Shown: positions 16,956 to 25,692 of the stretch, piece by piece
Layout: the number at the start of each line of letters is the position of its first letter
How positions within the stretch are numbered: position 1 is the stretch's first letter
NCBI GenBank assembly: GCA_965217195.1
Contig: CBDCHL010000003.1
Location: 157,260-221,259 of the forward strand
Direction: 5' to 3'
Length of the DNA stretch: 64,000 nucleotides
From: Bryobacterales bacterium
GTDB taxonomy: Bacteria > Acidobacteriota > Terriglobia > Bryobacterales > UBA6623
Notes under the pieces: generated by a model
The model's input: only the letters and a program-made list of their open reading frames with translations
Database searches by the model: none
Told to the model about the DNA's origin: nothing
Made by a program: the position numbers and the translations under genes

Positions 16956-17405
16956 TTACGGGCGCTTCGGCACCAGCACCGTCCGCTTAAGGGTTAGTAC
17001 GGTTTCGTCGCGTTGGTTGAAGCCGCGGGATTCGACGAAGACGAGGCCTCGATCGGGCTTCGATTTCGATTCGCGCAAATTGACGATACGGCTTTCGGCG
17101 TAGATCGTGTCGCCGTGGAAGACCGGCCCGACGTGCTTGATTTCCTTGTATTCGAGGGTGGCGATGGCGCGTCCGCTGATGTCGGCCACACTCATGCCGA
17201 CGACGATGCTGAAGACGAGCGGGCCGACGACCAGCCGCTGTCCGTGCTGCAACTGTTCGGCGTAGTGGGCGTCGATGTGGAGAGGGTTTTGGTTCATGGT
17301 CAATAAGCTGAACCAGGTGTCGTCGGCCTCGGAGATCGTGCGGCCGGGCCAGTGCTTGAAGACCTGGCCGACTTCGAATTCTTCGTAGTATTTGCCGAAT
17401 GCCAT
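16956..17405 (-). CDS. MaoC-family (R)-specific enoyl-CoA hydratase/dehydratase
   Basis: The hot-dog fold pattern is FEVGQVFKHWPGRTISEADDTWFSLLTMNQNPLHIDAHYA. The start was chosen at MAFGKYYEEF. Confidence 0.75.
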   Translation of the reverse strand: MAFGKYYEEFEVGQVFKHWPGRTISEADDTWFSLLTMNQNPLHIDAHYAEQLQHGQRLVVGPLVFSIVVGMSVADISGRAIATLEYKEIKHVGPVFHGDTIYAESRIVNLRESKSKPDRGLVFVESRGFNQRDETVLTLKRTVLVPKRP

Positions 17406-17432
17406 GGGCTCTCCTTCGATGGGTGCCACGGG

Positions 17433-18710
17433 TTACCAGGCGGTCATGGAGTCTTCGAACATAGCGGCGAGGGCCTCTGCGTCGGCGGGACGCGGCGAGA
17501 GTTTCGTCACCCGGTGCTGCGGCAGGGTGCCCTCGACTAAAGCGGGAATGTCGCCCGATGTGAAACCGATCGCCCGCAGACCGTTGGGGACGTTTAACCG
17601 TCGCATGAACGACGTAATCTGATCCGCCAGAACTTTCCCGGCGTCTTCGAGCTTGACGCCGGCAACGGACGCGCCCAGCACCTCGGCGGCCCGCAGATGT
17701 CGCTCGGGGCAAGCCGGGCCCGTGAAGCGGAAAACCGCCGGGGAGTTCAGAATCACCGAAGTCCCGTGCGGTATCAGTGGCCGATCGCCAGGATACCCCG
17801 CGGGCCGATAGGCTTTGACCATGCCCGAAACCGGATAGGACATCCCATGAGGTAAGTGGACTCCCGCGTTCCCGAAACCGACACCGGCGTAGGAAGCCGC
17901 CAACAGCATCATGCCGCGCGCCTCGTCATCACCCGGATCGGCAACGGCGCGAGGCAGGTATTCGCGCACCATACGCAGCGCTTCGAGCGACCAAATGTCA
18001 CTGATGGGATTCGAGCCCTGGTAGGCGGGGCGAAGGATCGGGCGCTCGGGTCGCGGGCGGTCCGTGTAAGGAACCGCGGTATAGGATTCGACGGCATGGC
18101 TGAGAACGTCGAGTCCGGTGGAGGCGGCTACGTCGGAGGGCAGAGTGCGGGTGTTGTCGGGGTCCAAAATCCCCAGCGTAGGCTTGAGGCGGCGGTGCGC
18201 GATTCCGGTCTTGGCGTGGAGTTCGGCGAAGTCGAAAATCGCCACGCCGGTCGTTTCACTTCCCGTGCCGGCTGTGGTGGGAACAGCGAACAGCGGCTTG
18301 AGCGGCCCCGGTACGGGCAGGCCTTTCCCGATCGGAGGATTGACATAGTCGAGGAAATCGGCCGGGTAGGTTGTGTAGAGATTCGCAGCCTTGGCGGTGT
18401 CGATCGTGGAACCGCCGCCGACGGCGACAAAGGCTTCGAACTCGCTTTGCTCCGCGACGCCGATCGCATCGCGGAAAGATTCATCGGTCGGCTCGACGCG
18501 CACGCTGTCATAGAGGGTGTAGCGGATGTTGTTGTCGTCGAGCGATGCGAGGGCGGTTTCGACCGCCGGCAACTTGGCCAAATAGGGGTCGGTCAGCACT
18601 ATGACGCGGCCGATCTTGCGGTCGACCAACTCGGGGCCAAGCTCGCGGGTCGCGCCCGGCCCGTAACGAATATTCGAAGTCGCCATTTCCACGGCGTATT
18701 CCGAGTCCAT
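17433..18710 (-). CDS. iron-containing alcohol dehydrogenase family (hydroxyacid-oxoacid transhydrogenase-like)
   Basis: The start was chosen at MDSEYAVEMATSNIRYGPGATRELG. It has GGGSTIDTAKA and the His-rich metal site region ...HAVESY...GVHLPHGMSY. Confidence 0.75.
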   Translation of the reverse strand: MDSEYAVEMATSNIRYGPGATRELGPELVDRKIGRVIVLTDPYLAKLPAVETALASLDDNNIRYTLYDSVRVEPTDESFRDAIGVAEQSEFEAFVAVGGGSTIDTAKAANLYTTYPADFLDYVNPPIGKGLPVPGPLKPLFAVPTTAGTGSETTGVAIFDFAELHAKTGIAHRRLKPTLGILDPDNTRTLPSDVAASTGLDVLSHAVESYTAVPYTDRPRPERPILRPAYQGSNPISDIWSLEALRMVREYLPRAVADPGDDEARGMMLLAASYAGVGFGNAGVHLPHGMSYPVSGMVKAYRPAGYPGDRPLIPHGTSVILNSPAVFRFTGPACPERHLRAAEVLGASVAGVKLEDAGKVLADQITSFMRRLNVPNGLRAIGFTSGDIPALVEGTLPQHRVTKLSPRPADAEALAAMFEDSMTAW

Positions 18711-18814
18711 TGAATGATTCCTTTGTCCCAATAGTATTGCATCCGCTCGTGAGGGCTCCAACGAGGGAAGATCTCCTGTCAGCGGGACACGCAATGAAGT
18801 AGACCCTTGCCTAT

Positions 18815-20716
18815 TTACAAAATCACGCGTTCGTCACCGACTCGGCGGGTCAGTCTTTGGCGGTCGAGATACTCGAGTAGAGGGATCGCGTATTTACGGC
18901 TAATCCCGGCGAGATCCTTGAAAACCGGGACAGTGAGCCGGTCGGATTCCTGTTTTTGCCGGGCCAGCTTGTTTCGAAGCCCATCGAGGGCTTCGCGGTG
19001 AAAAACCAGTTCGGCGGTCACCTTGACCAAGACGCCCTCTCTCAATAAGCCGTCGAGAATACGCCGCGCGCGCGGACCATCGACCGGCAACTTTTTGAGC
19101 AACTCGGGTAGGGCCGGCACCGCAAGCCCGGCTTCGTGGAACGCGGCGACGATCTTATCACGGGCGGCTGCTTCTTCCTCCCGCAGGACAACGCGATGCG
19201 TCGCGAGACGGACGATCTCACCCTCGACCGCGGCCTTTTTGTCGCGCGCAAGGTGGGCCAACAGTGCGTCAAGAAAGAACGGGGGGGCTTGGGGGAACAA
19301 CGACGTTCGCATCGCTTCCTTGGCGGCTCCGGGCAGCAATGGATTGTCGTGGTGAAAAGCAGTCAAGAGGTCAAGTGTCTTGGTCATCGCGGCGCGGAAG
19401 TCATCGCGGTGAACGAAGTAAGCGGGACTTTCGTGGATGCGGACAATGCGGCCCCTCTGCTCAACCCCCCGTGCGGTTGTTTCCAATTCGGAGTCAAGCC
19501 AAGCCGTTCGAGCCGTGATTTCCCTCGCGCCCGTTCCATGAGCGGCGCCCTTCAGCAAGACTTCCAACACTTCCTCGGGTTCCCCGCGGTCCAGAACTTC
19601 GAGGCGCGGGCGCCACTCTTCGTCCACGCGATGCTTCGGTGCGTGGTTGTCGAGCACGACCCCGCCGCCGATCGTGATAACGGGCGAGAATCGGCGAATG
19701 ATGAATCGGTCTCCCCGCCACAGCGGTAACGCATCGCGAAAACGCATTTGGGCGTAAGCACGCTCGCCGGGTTGGAGCACTTTTCGCCGATCGAGGAAGT
19801 AAACGCGGCCTTCCAGCTCGGCGGTGCCGGCGTGGAAATGGACCCGCGCGCCGTACTTGAGTGGTTTCGCCGAGCCCAGCAAGTCCACGGAACAATCGAT
19901 GCGCCGGGTCGGCTCGAACTTCCCGGCGGCGGTCAGCACCATGCCGCGCGCCAGGCCGTCGGCCGCGATATTAGAAAGGTTGACGGCTGTGCGTTGCCCG
20001 GCGACGGCCTCGGGAACTTCCCCGCCGTGCACTTCGAGGCCGCGCACGCGCACCCGCTTGGCCGCCGGCAATACCTCGACGTCGGAGTCCGCCGAAAGCG
20101 TTCCGGAAACCAACGTACCGGTGACAACCGTCCCGAAGCCCTTCATCACGAAAACGCGATCAATGGGGAGTCGGAAGTGGTGATGGCTGTTTTTCGGCTC
20201 CGCGTCGACAGCCAACTTGCGGAGCGCCGTGCGCAAGTCATCGACGCCGCTTCCTGTTTTCGAGCTGACGGGACAGATCGGTGCGCCTTCGAGAAACGAT
20301 CCGGCGAGATATTCCTCGGTTTCGAGCTTGACCAGCTCGACCAAATCGGGATCGACCAGATCGGTCTTCGTCAGAGCAACCAGCCCGCGACGAACGTCGA
20401 GCAAGCGGCAGATGTCGAAGTGTTCCCTGGTTTGCGGCATGATCGATTCGTCGGCCGCGATGACGAGCATTAGTAGATCGATGCCGCCGACCCCGGCCAG
20501 CATGTTCTTGACGAATCGTTCGTGACCGGGAACATCGACGAATCCGAGCTGTACACCGCCGGCAATCGGTAGATGCGCGAAACCCAAGTCGATCGTAATG
20601 CCCCGGCGTTTTTCTTCCTCCAAGCGATCGGCGTCAATTCCCGTTAGCGCCCGCACGAGCGCGGTCTTGCCGTGATCGATATGCCCGGCGGTACCGACGA
20701 TGATGTTCTTTGTCAA
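18815..20716 (-). CDS. selB: selenocysteine-specific translation elongation factor
   Basis: GTPase motifs [19 protein letters not shown] and TKTD are present. The 633-aa length includes the long C-terminal winged-helix extension typical of bacterial SelB. Confidence 0.85.
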   Translation of the reverse strand: MTKNIIVGTAGHIDHGKTALVRALTGIDADRLEEEKRRGITIDLGFAHLPIAGGVQLGFVDVPGHERFVKNMLAGVGGIDLLMLVIAADESIMPQTREHFDICRLLDVRRGLVALTKTDLVDPDLVELVKLETEEYLAGSFLEGAPICPVSSKTGSGVDDLRTALRKLAVDAEPKNSHHHFRLPIDRVFVMKGFGTVVTGTLVSGTLSADSDVEVLPAAKRVRVRGLEVHGGEVPEAVAGQRTAVNLSNIAADGLARGMVLTAAGKFEPTRRIDCSVDLLGSAKPLKYGARVHFHAGTAELEGRVYFLDRRKVLQPGERAYAQMRFRDALPLWRGDRFIIRRFSPVITIGGGVVLDNHAPKHRVDEEWRPRLEVLDRGEPEEVLEVLLKGAAHGTGAREITARTAWLDSELETTARGVEQRGRIVRIHESPAYFVHRDDFRAAMTKTLDLLTAFHHDNPLLPGAAKEAMRTSLFPQAPPFFLDALLAHLARDKKAAVEGEIVRLATHRVVLREEEAAARDKIVAAFHEAGLAVPALPELLKKLPVDGPRARRILDGLLREGVLVKVTAELVFHREALDGLRNKLARQKQESDRLTVPVFKDLAGISRKYAIPLLEYLDRQRLTRRVGDERVIL

Positions 20717-20758
20717 CGGCTCAACCTCGGACTTCCAGTTGCGCGCGCTCGCCGACCG

Positions 20759-21802
20759 TCACTCGCGTTCCTGAGCCAGCTCCCAAGCTTTCGCGGCGGT
20801 GTCGGGGACCCGTGCGCCGAGTTTGATGCCGGTCGCGGAAGCAGCGTTGCCGTCCAAAACCCTCTTGTATACGCCTTGCGCGATCGAAGCGGAACGGAAC
20901 AGAGAAAAAGCGAGGTAGAAGTTCCACCGCTCGATTTTCGTTCCCGTTCGACGGCAATAGGCCGCGATGTACTCTTGCTCGGACGGAATTCCCGGCGTGC
21001 GCTTTTCCGGCGTTAAGCCGCCTGACGCACCGAGCGACAAACGATAGGGCAGGCAGTTATAAGCCAGGTCGGCCAGCGGATGCCCCAACGTGGATAGCTC
21101 CCAGTCGAGCACCGCCAGGATTATTGGCTCGGTGGGATGGAAGATCATATTCTCGAGCCGGAAGTCGCCGTGGACCACTGAAGTTTCATCCCCGGGGGGA
21201 ATGTTCTCCGGCAGCCAGTCCATCAAGCGATCGACAGGCTCGATCTTTTGGGTTTGAGCCGCTACATAGTTGCGGCTCCAGCGGCTGATTTGGCGCGCGA
21301 AATAATTGCCTGGCTTGCCGTAATCCGACAGGCCGCGGGCCTCGAAGTCCGTCATATGGATTTTGGCCAGGCAGGCGTTCATCGCGTCGTAGACCACGGC
21401 ACGCTCATCCGGGGCCATGTCGGGCAGGCCGGGATCACGCAGCACGCGGCCGGCGACGTAATCCATCACGTAAAAGGCTGTTCCGATGATCGACTCGTCC
21501 TCACACAAAAGATACACGTGGGGGACCGGCACACCGACCGTGCCGAGCGCTTTCATCACGCGGTACTCGCGGTCGACGGCGTGAGCTCGGGGTAGAAGTT
21601 TCCCCGGGGGCTTTTTGCGGACCACATACTTTCGGTCGTTCGTCGAAACCGTGAAGGTTGGGTTGGACTGCCCGCCGGAAAACTGACGCACCTCGGGTGG
21701 ACCCCGGAGACCCTCGATGTTGCGCTCAAGGTAGGCGAACAACGCCTGCTCGTCGAACACGTGGGCCGGACGCACCGGGATGGTTTCGGGCTGGTGAGAC
21801 AC
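20759..21802 (-). CDS. phosphotransferase-family protein (APH/choline-kinase fold)
   Basis: The catalytic loop is VHGDFRLENMIF, followed by DWELSTLGHPLADLA. Confidence 0.7.
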   Translation of the reverse strand: MSHQPETIPVRPAHVFDEQALFAYLERNIEGLRGPPEVRQFSGGQSNPTFTVSTNDRKYVVRKKPPGKLLPRAHAVDREYRVMKALGTVGVPVPHVYLLCEDESIIGTAFYVMDYVAGRVLRDPGLPDMAPDERAVVYDAMNACLAKIHMTDFEARGLSDYGKPGNYFARQISRWSRNYVAAQTQKIEPVDRLMDWLPENIPPGDETSVVHGDFRLENMIFHPTEPIILAVLDWELSTLGHPLADLAYNCLPYRLSLGASGGLTPEKRTPGIPSEQEYIAAYCRRTGTKIERWNFYLAFSLFRSASIAQGVYKRVLDGNAASATGIKLGARVPDTAAKAWELAQERE

Positions 21803-21963
21803 GGGCGCTTCCGATCGGATGACGTGGCGGCGACGAAGTGCTGATCGCGGAATCCGTCGCCGCCCGAGGACCCATTATAGTGCCCGTCTTGCTGAGGTAA
21901 CCGACGCCCCGGATGCGTGGGTGGGGTACGCGAAAGGCTGTCGCGGAACCGGAGAAGAGCTAA

Positions 21964-22154
21964 CCTGCATTTCTCACCACCTGGCGGTCGAAGCACGCAA
22001 TAGGCCCGTCATTAGTTCGTTACGGTTGCCTGCCGTGCTCACCGTACTGTTGAAGTACGCCTCTTGCTTAAGAAATGGGGCGCCAAGGCGGCCCGTGCCT
22101 CGTACTGACAGCCCTCTCACGCACTTCGCCTCGCCAGGTGGTGAGAAATGCAGG
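21964..22154. mobile_element. MITE-like element, family A, copy 1 (191 bp)
   Basis: The 23-bp terminal inverted repeats are CCTGCATTTCTCACCACCTGGCG ... CGCCAGGTGGTGAGAAATGCAGG. It is flanked by CTAA on both sides (21960-21963, 22155-22158). There is no ORF. A second copy is at 25409-25585. Confidence 0.65.
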
Positions 22155-23093
22155 CTAAGAACGCAGCGCCCGCCCCAATTGCTCGGCAATCTCCCCCAGC
22201 GCCTTTTTCGCGCCGGGAAGGGCTCCGGTTAGGGTGGCGAAGCCGTGGATCGTGTCCTTGTAGCAGGTGTAATCGACCGCGACTCCGGCTTGTTCGAGAC
22301 GGCGGGCATACGCCGCGCCCTCGTCTCGCAAGGGGTCGAACCCGGCGGTTACGATTTGCGCGGGCGGCAAGCCGCCGAGGTCCGCGACTGCCAGGGGAGA
22401 AACTCGCGGATCGGCGGCATCTTCAGGAGCGGCCAGGTAGTGATCGCGAAACCATTCCATGCCCGCCTTCTCGAGATAGTATCCCTTGGCAAATTCCATG
22501 TAGGAGGGCGTGTCGAAAGAAGTGACGGTCATGATCGGATAGATCAGAAGCTGACGGCTGATCGCGGGGCCCCGCCGGTCGCGCGCCGACAACGCGACCG
22601 CGGCGGCGAGGTTGCCGCCCGCGCTGTCGCCTCCCAGGGCCATGCGTGCGGGGTCGGCTCCCAGGCGGGCTGCGTTCGCGGCGGCCCATTCGAAAGCGGC
22701 GTAGCTGTCGTCGAACGCGGCGGGGAACTTGTGCTCCGGCGCGAGGCGGTAATCCACCGAAACCGTCAAGCACTGCGCCCCTATGCACAGCGTTCGGCAG
22801 GCGTTGTCGTGGGTATCCAAATCGCAGAGCACCCAGCCGCCCCCGTGGTAGTAAACCAGCACCGGGAACGGCCCTGCGCCCGAAGGCCGGTACACACGAA
22901 CCGGGATCGCCCCCACCGGCCCTGGGCAAAAGGTATTTTCGACGGCGGCGACGGGAACGGGGTCGCCCCGCAGTTCGACGAGCGCTCGTGAGTTGGCGCG
23001 CGCTTCCTCGGGCGTCAGAGTATTCAGCGGGGGGCGGCCGACTCGCGCAAATCGCTCGAGCAGACCGACGACATCGGGATCGAGTTGATTCAT
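22155..23093 (-). CDS. alpha/beta hydrolase, hormone-sensitive-lipase-like esterase
   Basis: It has the HGGGW oxyanion motif and the GDSAGGNLA nucleophile elbow. Confidence 0.8.
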   Translation of the reverse strand: MNQLDPDVVGLLERFARVGRPPLNTLTPEEARANSRALVELRGDPVPVAAVENTFCPGPVGAIPVRVYRPSGAGPFPVLVYYHGGGWVLCDLDTHDNACRTLCIGAQCLTVSVDYRLAPEHKFPAAFDDSYAAFEWAAANAARLGADPARMALGGDSAGGNLAAAVALSARDRRGPAISRQLLIYPIMTVTSFDTPSYMEFAKGYYLEKAGMEWFRDHYLAAPEDAADPRVSPLAVADLGGLPPAQIVTAGFDPLRDEGAAYARRLEQAGVAVDYTCYKDTIHGFATLTGALPGAKKALGEIAEQLGRALRS

Positions 23094-23199
23094 CGTCTCG
23101 GCTCGGACGGGGGCCCAATTTCACGCCGGCATTCAGAATTCATGAACCAGGTACGGGGCCCCGAGCTCAAGCGACGGGCCGAAGCCGCGTTGAATCTCA

Positions 23200-24219
23200 T
23201 CAGCGATACTGCCGGTGATAGCCTTTCACCTTGAGCGGAATTCGGTAGAGACTCGTATCGACCGTGATGTAGAGAACGTGGGACTCCGCCCCCTTGCCGA
23301 ACTCGACGTTGCTGGGCAGGCCCTCGCCCGTTTCGCCGGGGGGTTGCCCCGCGGGGCCTGTCGGAATGAAAGCAACCTCTTTGCCGTCTGAGTTGACGAC
23401 CATGACGCCCGGCCGTCGCTGCATCCGAATCGTTAAGTAGAGATTGCCGTGTTCATCGACTGTCATACCGTCGCAACCGGCCTCTTCTCCGAAGTCAAGC
23501 AGCGTTCGGCCCGGGCCTTTGACGAGACCGTCGGCGTCCAACGAAAAGGCGAGAATGCGCATGATCTTCTTGTCGTTGTCGTGGTCGGCGACGTACAGGG
23601 TGCCGCCGTCGGGACTAAGAGCCAGGCCGTTGGGCTTGCTCACATCGCGGGTGATCTCCACAACGTTGCCGCTCTCGTCAACGCGATACACGGACCGATG
23701 ATCGAGCTCGAGCGGCTCGTGCCCGAGGTAGCGCGGGTCGCTGAAATAGATCCGCCCGTTGTCGTCGAGGCAAACGTCGTTCGGCGCGTTGAAGCGTTTT
23801 CCTTGGAAGCGGTCGGCGAGCATGGCTTGGCTGCCGGTCTCGACGTTCCAACTTGCGATACGGCGTAATCCGTAGTCGGCTCCCTGGGCGCCGATGAGAT
23901 CGCTATCGGCGTTGAAGATCAAACCGTTGACCTTGCCGCTATCATCCGAAAAGACGGTGGTCCTGCCGGTCTTCGGGTCGAAGCGCAAGATCATTCCCTT
24001 GTTGGTTTCAGGAAGGATATCGGAGAAATAAATGCTCCCGTCGGGAGCGACGGCCGGGCCTTCGGTAAGTCCACCCTCGACATCGACGGTGCGGGTGAAC
24101 AACAGTTCGAGGCGAGTTTCGGCTGAGACGATTCTTTCGCCGGAAGGCGGGGGAATTTCAGCGGCCGAAGTCGGCGTGGCCATTAGGACCACTAGAAGAA
24201 AAATCACTACGAAGGGCAT
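23200..24219 (-). CDS. secreted SMP-30/gluconolactonase/LRE family protein
   Basis: A signal peptide is followed by TEGPAVAPDGSIYFSDI and repeated propeller blades ending in PNGLALSPDGGTLYVAD. Confidence 0.75.
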   Translation of the reverse strand: MPFVVIFLLVVLMATPTSAAEIPPPSGERIVSAETRLELLFTRTVDVEGGLTEGPAVAPDGSIYFSDILPETNKGMILRFDPKTGRTTVFSDDSGKVNGLIFNADSDLIGAQGADYGLRRIASWNVETGSQAMLADRFQGKRFNAPNDVCLDDNGRIYFSDPRYLGHEPLELDHRSVYRVDESGNVVEITRDVSKPNGLALSPDGGTLYVADHDNDKKIMRILAFSLDADGLVKGPGRTLLDFGEEAGCDGMTVDEHGNLYLTIRMQRRPGVMVVNSDGKEVAFIPTGPAGQPPGETGEGLPSNVEFGKGAESHVLYITVDTSLYRIPLKVKGYHRQYR

Positions 24220-24245
24220 AGAAGCCTCCTTGTTCCGCGCGCCTC

Positions 24246-25358
24246 CTACAAACGCTCGAACGGGTGCGTCCGCTGCTTTAGCGGGAACTCGACTCGTCCA
24301 CCGCTCTGCTGCGACTCGTAGATCCCAAGAATCATTTCGAGAGCCCAGCGGGCGTCATGGCCGCTCGAAGCGGGCTTGCGGTCCTGCTTGACGGCCTCAA
24401 ACAGATCGTGAACCATCAACGCATTCGAAAGCGGGCGATCCTCAGCCGCCAAGTCGACGTGTGACGCGCCTTCGATCCACTCCCATGTGCGTTTCTCGCC
24501 CGGCATCCAGCGGTGAGTCCGTAGGATGCGCGGCTGCCCTTTGGGATAGGTCTGATTCGGCAGGTCGATGATGCCACGGCTGCCGTAGATACGGGTACCC
24601 CAGCGGCTTGATCCCTTGCGGTCGCTCGTTTTCGAGGCGAAATACGCATGCACGCCCTTGTCGAAGGCGAACATGGCTGCGATTTGGTTGCCGCCTACAG
24701 GGCCGACCGGTTCGGTGGGCTCGCGAACGTCCCCGGCGGTGAGATCCTTGCCGTCGTGGGTGACGTGGGAGAAGACCCAGCGCGGGTCGCCGAGAAACAT
24801 TCTCGCTAAATCGAACAAATGCGTCCCGAGAACGATCAGGTCTTCTCCGCCGGCGCGGTGGTCTTCCTTGCCCCGCAGACGAACTTCCTGGATCGTGCCG
24901 ATCTCGGCGGCATCGAGCATCTGTTTGACACGAACGGCGTACGGTGACATCCGCATCTGGTGCGCGGTCTGCACCTTCACGCTGTTTTTCTCGATGGCCG
25001 AGATCATGCGATCGGCCTCCTCGAGGTTACGCGCGAAGGGTTTTTCGAGATACATGTGCGCCCCGGCTTCGGCGACCGCGGTTACCATCTCGACCCGCTG
25101 GTCGAGCCAGCGCGGCCCAATGCTGACGTAGTCGGGCTGTTCACGGGCGAGCATCTCGCGATAGTCACGATAGGCGCGCTTGGCCCCGGTTCGTTGCTGG
25201 GCTTGAGCGCGACCTTCGTCGTCAGGATCGGCTACCGCTACCACTTCGACCGAGTCGAAGACGGTCCAAACTGTGTCGAGCCCGTGGCCGTACCCGCCGT
25301 GACCGGTGTCGCCGATAATCGCGGCTCTCGATTTCGCTTTGTCGTTGCCCGTTGCCAT
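24246..25358 (-). CDS. Gfo/Idh/MocA family oxidoreductase
   Basis: The start was chosen at ATG 25358 (MATGNDKAKSRAAIIGDTGHGGYG), which is preceded by GGAGAA. The track start at 25415 lies inside repeat copy 2. EKPFA is present. Confidence 0.75.
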   Translation of the reverse strand: MATGNDKAKSRAAIIGDTGHGGYGHGLDTVWTVFDSVEVVAVADPDDEGRAQAQQRTGAKRAYRDYREMLAREQPDYVSIGPRWLDQRVEMVTAVAEAGAHMYLEKPFARNLEEADRMISAIEKNSVKVQTAHQMRMSPYAVRVKQMLDAAEIGTIQEVRLRGKEDHRAGGEDLIVLGTHLFDLARMFLGDPRWVFSHVTHDGKDLTAGDVREPTEPVGPVGGNQIAAMFAFDKGVHAYFASKTSDRKGSSRWGTRIYGSRGIIDLPNQTYPKGQPRILRTHRWMPGEKRTWEWIEGASHVDLAAEDRPLSNALMVHDLFEAVKQDRKPASSGHDARWALEMILGIYESQQSGGRVEFPLKQRTHPFERL

Positions 25359-25408
25359 TCGGTTCTCCTGCCGGCTCTGTGCCGCGCGGAACAGCGTGGG
25401 ATCGCTAG

Positions 25409-25585
25409 CCTGCATTTCTCACCACCCGGCGGTCGAAGCACGCGATAGGCCTGTCATTACTTCGTTACGGTTGCCTGCCGTGCTCACCGTACTGTTCAAG
25501 TACGCCTCCGCGCGCCAGGCAGCCCGTGCCTCGTACTGACAGCCCTCTCACGCACTTCGCCTCGCCAGGTGGTGAGAAATGCAGG
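25409..25585. mobile_element. MITE-like element, family A, copy 2 (177 bp)
   Basis: It has the same termini as 21964-22154, with one mismatch in the left arm and a shorter centre. It is flanked by GCTAG on both sides (25404-25408, 25586-25590). Confidence 0.65.
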
Positions 25586-25692
25586 GCTAGGGGTTGTTGT
25601 AGCACAGTCGAACGCAGCACATGGATTAACGTCAGCGCGTGATAGGCGCGGACGCCGTGCTGCTAAGTCCCGCAGCAAATCGGGGCGAAGAA

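Noticed and set aside
16956-21802. Looked for a selenoprotein gene (in-frame TGA plus a SECIS-like hairpin), selA, selD or tRNA-Sec next to selB.
   Set aside because: Neighbouring ORFs are uninterrupted and belong to families not known to me as selenoproteins. I recognised no tRNA-like sequence, so the targets of SelB must lie elsewhere.
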